A stretch of DNA of 64,000 nucleotides. Origin: Eledone cirrhosa (taxonomy: Eukaryota). Positions 62,885 through 64,000 of this stretch are shown here, in pieces; position 1 is the stretch's first letter; each line of letters starts with the position of its first letter. The notes beneath the pieces were generated by a model, which was given only the letters and a program-made list of their open reading frames with translations, was not told where the DNA came from and made no database searches. Location: positions 135,284,001 to 135,348,000 of the forward strand of contig OZ024740.1 of assembly GCA_964016885.1 (NCBI GenBank). Reading direction: 5' to 3'. A program made the position numbers and the translations under genes.

Positions 62885-64000
62885 TCATCATCATCATCAT
62901 CATCATCGTTTTACGTCCGTTCTTCCACGCTAGCATGGGTTAGACGGGTTGTCCTGTTGTGGGCGGTGTCCAGTCAGCTGACCTTGTCTTGCTCATACAG
63001 GAACTGATTCTGGCTTGATTTCTACAACTGGATGCCCTTCCTAACACCAACCTCATTTACAGTGAGTGCTGGGTGCTTTTTTGCCGTGGCACCTCCACGA
63101 CCACTTTGCAGTGGGAGGGTGTGGGGGCATATTGTCTATATGCTTCAGCTTCGGCTTATTCCTGTAGTTGGGGTCGGGTCTTCTGTATTACTGCGTGACG
63201 TCAGAGGTCACGGTCGTGTGTCATTGCTCTTGGGTACAATTGGGTAAGGTTGGCCTTTATCACCTCATCCCAGGTCTTCTTGGGTCTCCCCACTCCGCGG
63301 CTTCCATCAACTTCTAGTGCTCTGCACCTTTTTATGCAACTGTCATTCTTCATCACATGTCCATACCAACGTAACCTCCTCTCCTGCACACAGCATTTGA
63401 TTCCTCTGATGCTCAGTCTCTCAATTCGTTTATACTTTGCCGTTCGCGTATATTACTTTTACACATTGATCGGAGCATGCAGGCTTCATTTCTTTCTAAT
63501 CTGCACAAGTCTTCTACAGACAGTGCCCAGGTTTCACTTCCATGTAACATTGCTGTTCGTATACACACACATCATACAGTCTGCCTTTCATTTTGAGGGA
63601 AAAGCCTTTTGCAGCTAGCAGTGGCAGTAGCTCCCTGAACTTCTTCCATCCCATTCTTACCCTAGTTATTGTACTTTCCGAACACCCACCTCCGCTGCTA
63701 ATTCGGTCACCTAGGTAGCAGAAGCTGTCTACTGTTCCTACAGAGCCCTCCCAGAGATTGGTGGTACTTGTTCCCTGTGGCCGTTTGCTGCTTGCTGTCC
63801 CAGCACAGCTGCTGCATGTGAAGCCTAGATTCTTAGTTAAGCTTCCTGAGATCCCGCTACATCTCTCGTGTACCCATTGTTTGCATTTGGGGCAGAGAAT
63901 GGAGTTCCTACCTACACCTTTCCTACATACTGAGCAAGGCCATTTCCTTGAGAGAATATGGGTTCTGTTTTCTCGTCTACTTACAAGAACCTTAGTTTTT
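62885..64000 (-). mobile_element. Decayed RTE subfamily B LINE running off the window end
   Basis: Minus translation includes GKWPCSVCRKGVGRNSILCPKCKQWVHERC, WKKFRELLPLL and LRWYGHV. Subfamily B UTR, (CAT)n tail at 62885-62907. Confidence 0.93.

Overview
AT-rich, repeat-dense animal genomic DNA. The repeat landscape is reminiscent of an octopus/cephalopod genome, but that is inference. No complete host gene can be read. The window is dominated by 5'-truncated RTE-clade LINEs of at least two subfamilies, which have (GAT)n tails and a C4HC3 PHD-like finger inside the RT. It also holds a decayed L1/Tx1-type LINE with extra 3' ends sitting in GATA/TA microsatellites, a CRE-like restriction-endonuclease fragment, many tRNA-derived SINEs, three non-autonomous Helitrons, hAT/piggyBac/Tc1-type MITEs, microsatellites, and a ~7 kb 18-bp minisatellite with a 2490-bp higher-order duplication. 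The strongest signal outside the ORF track is a cluster of five type I hammerhead-ribozyme motifs of four designs between 28.9 and 40.7 kb. One has an intact catalytic core. All lie in short non-coding fragments next to (TA)n tracts, consistent with Penelope-like element termini or retrozymes. A few splice-bounded segments may be host exons, with low confidence. Most listed ORFs are microsatellite or antisense artefacts. Repeat boundaries were read by eye and are approximate unless a TSD or TIR is quoted.
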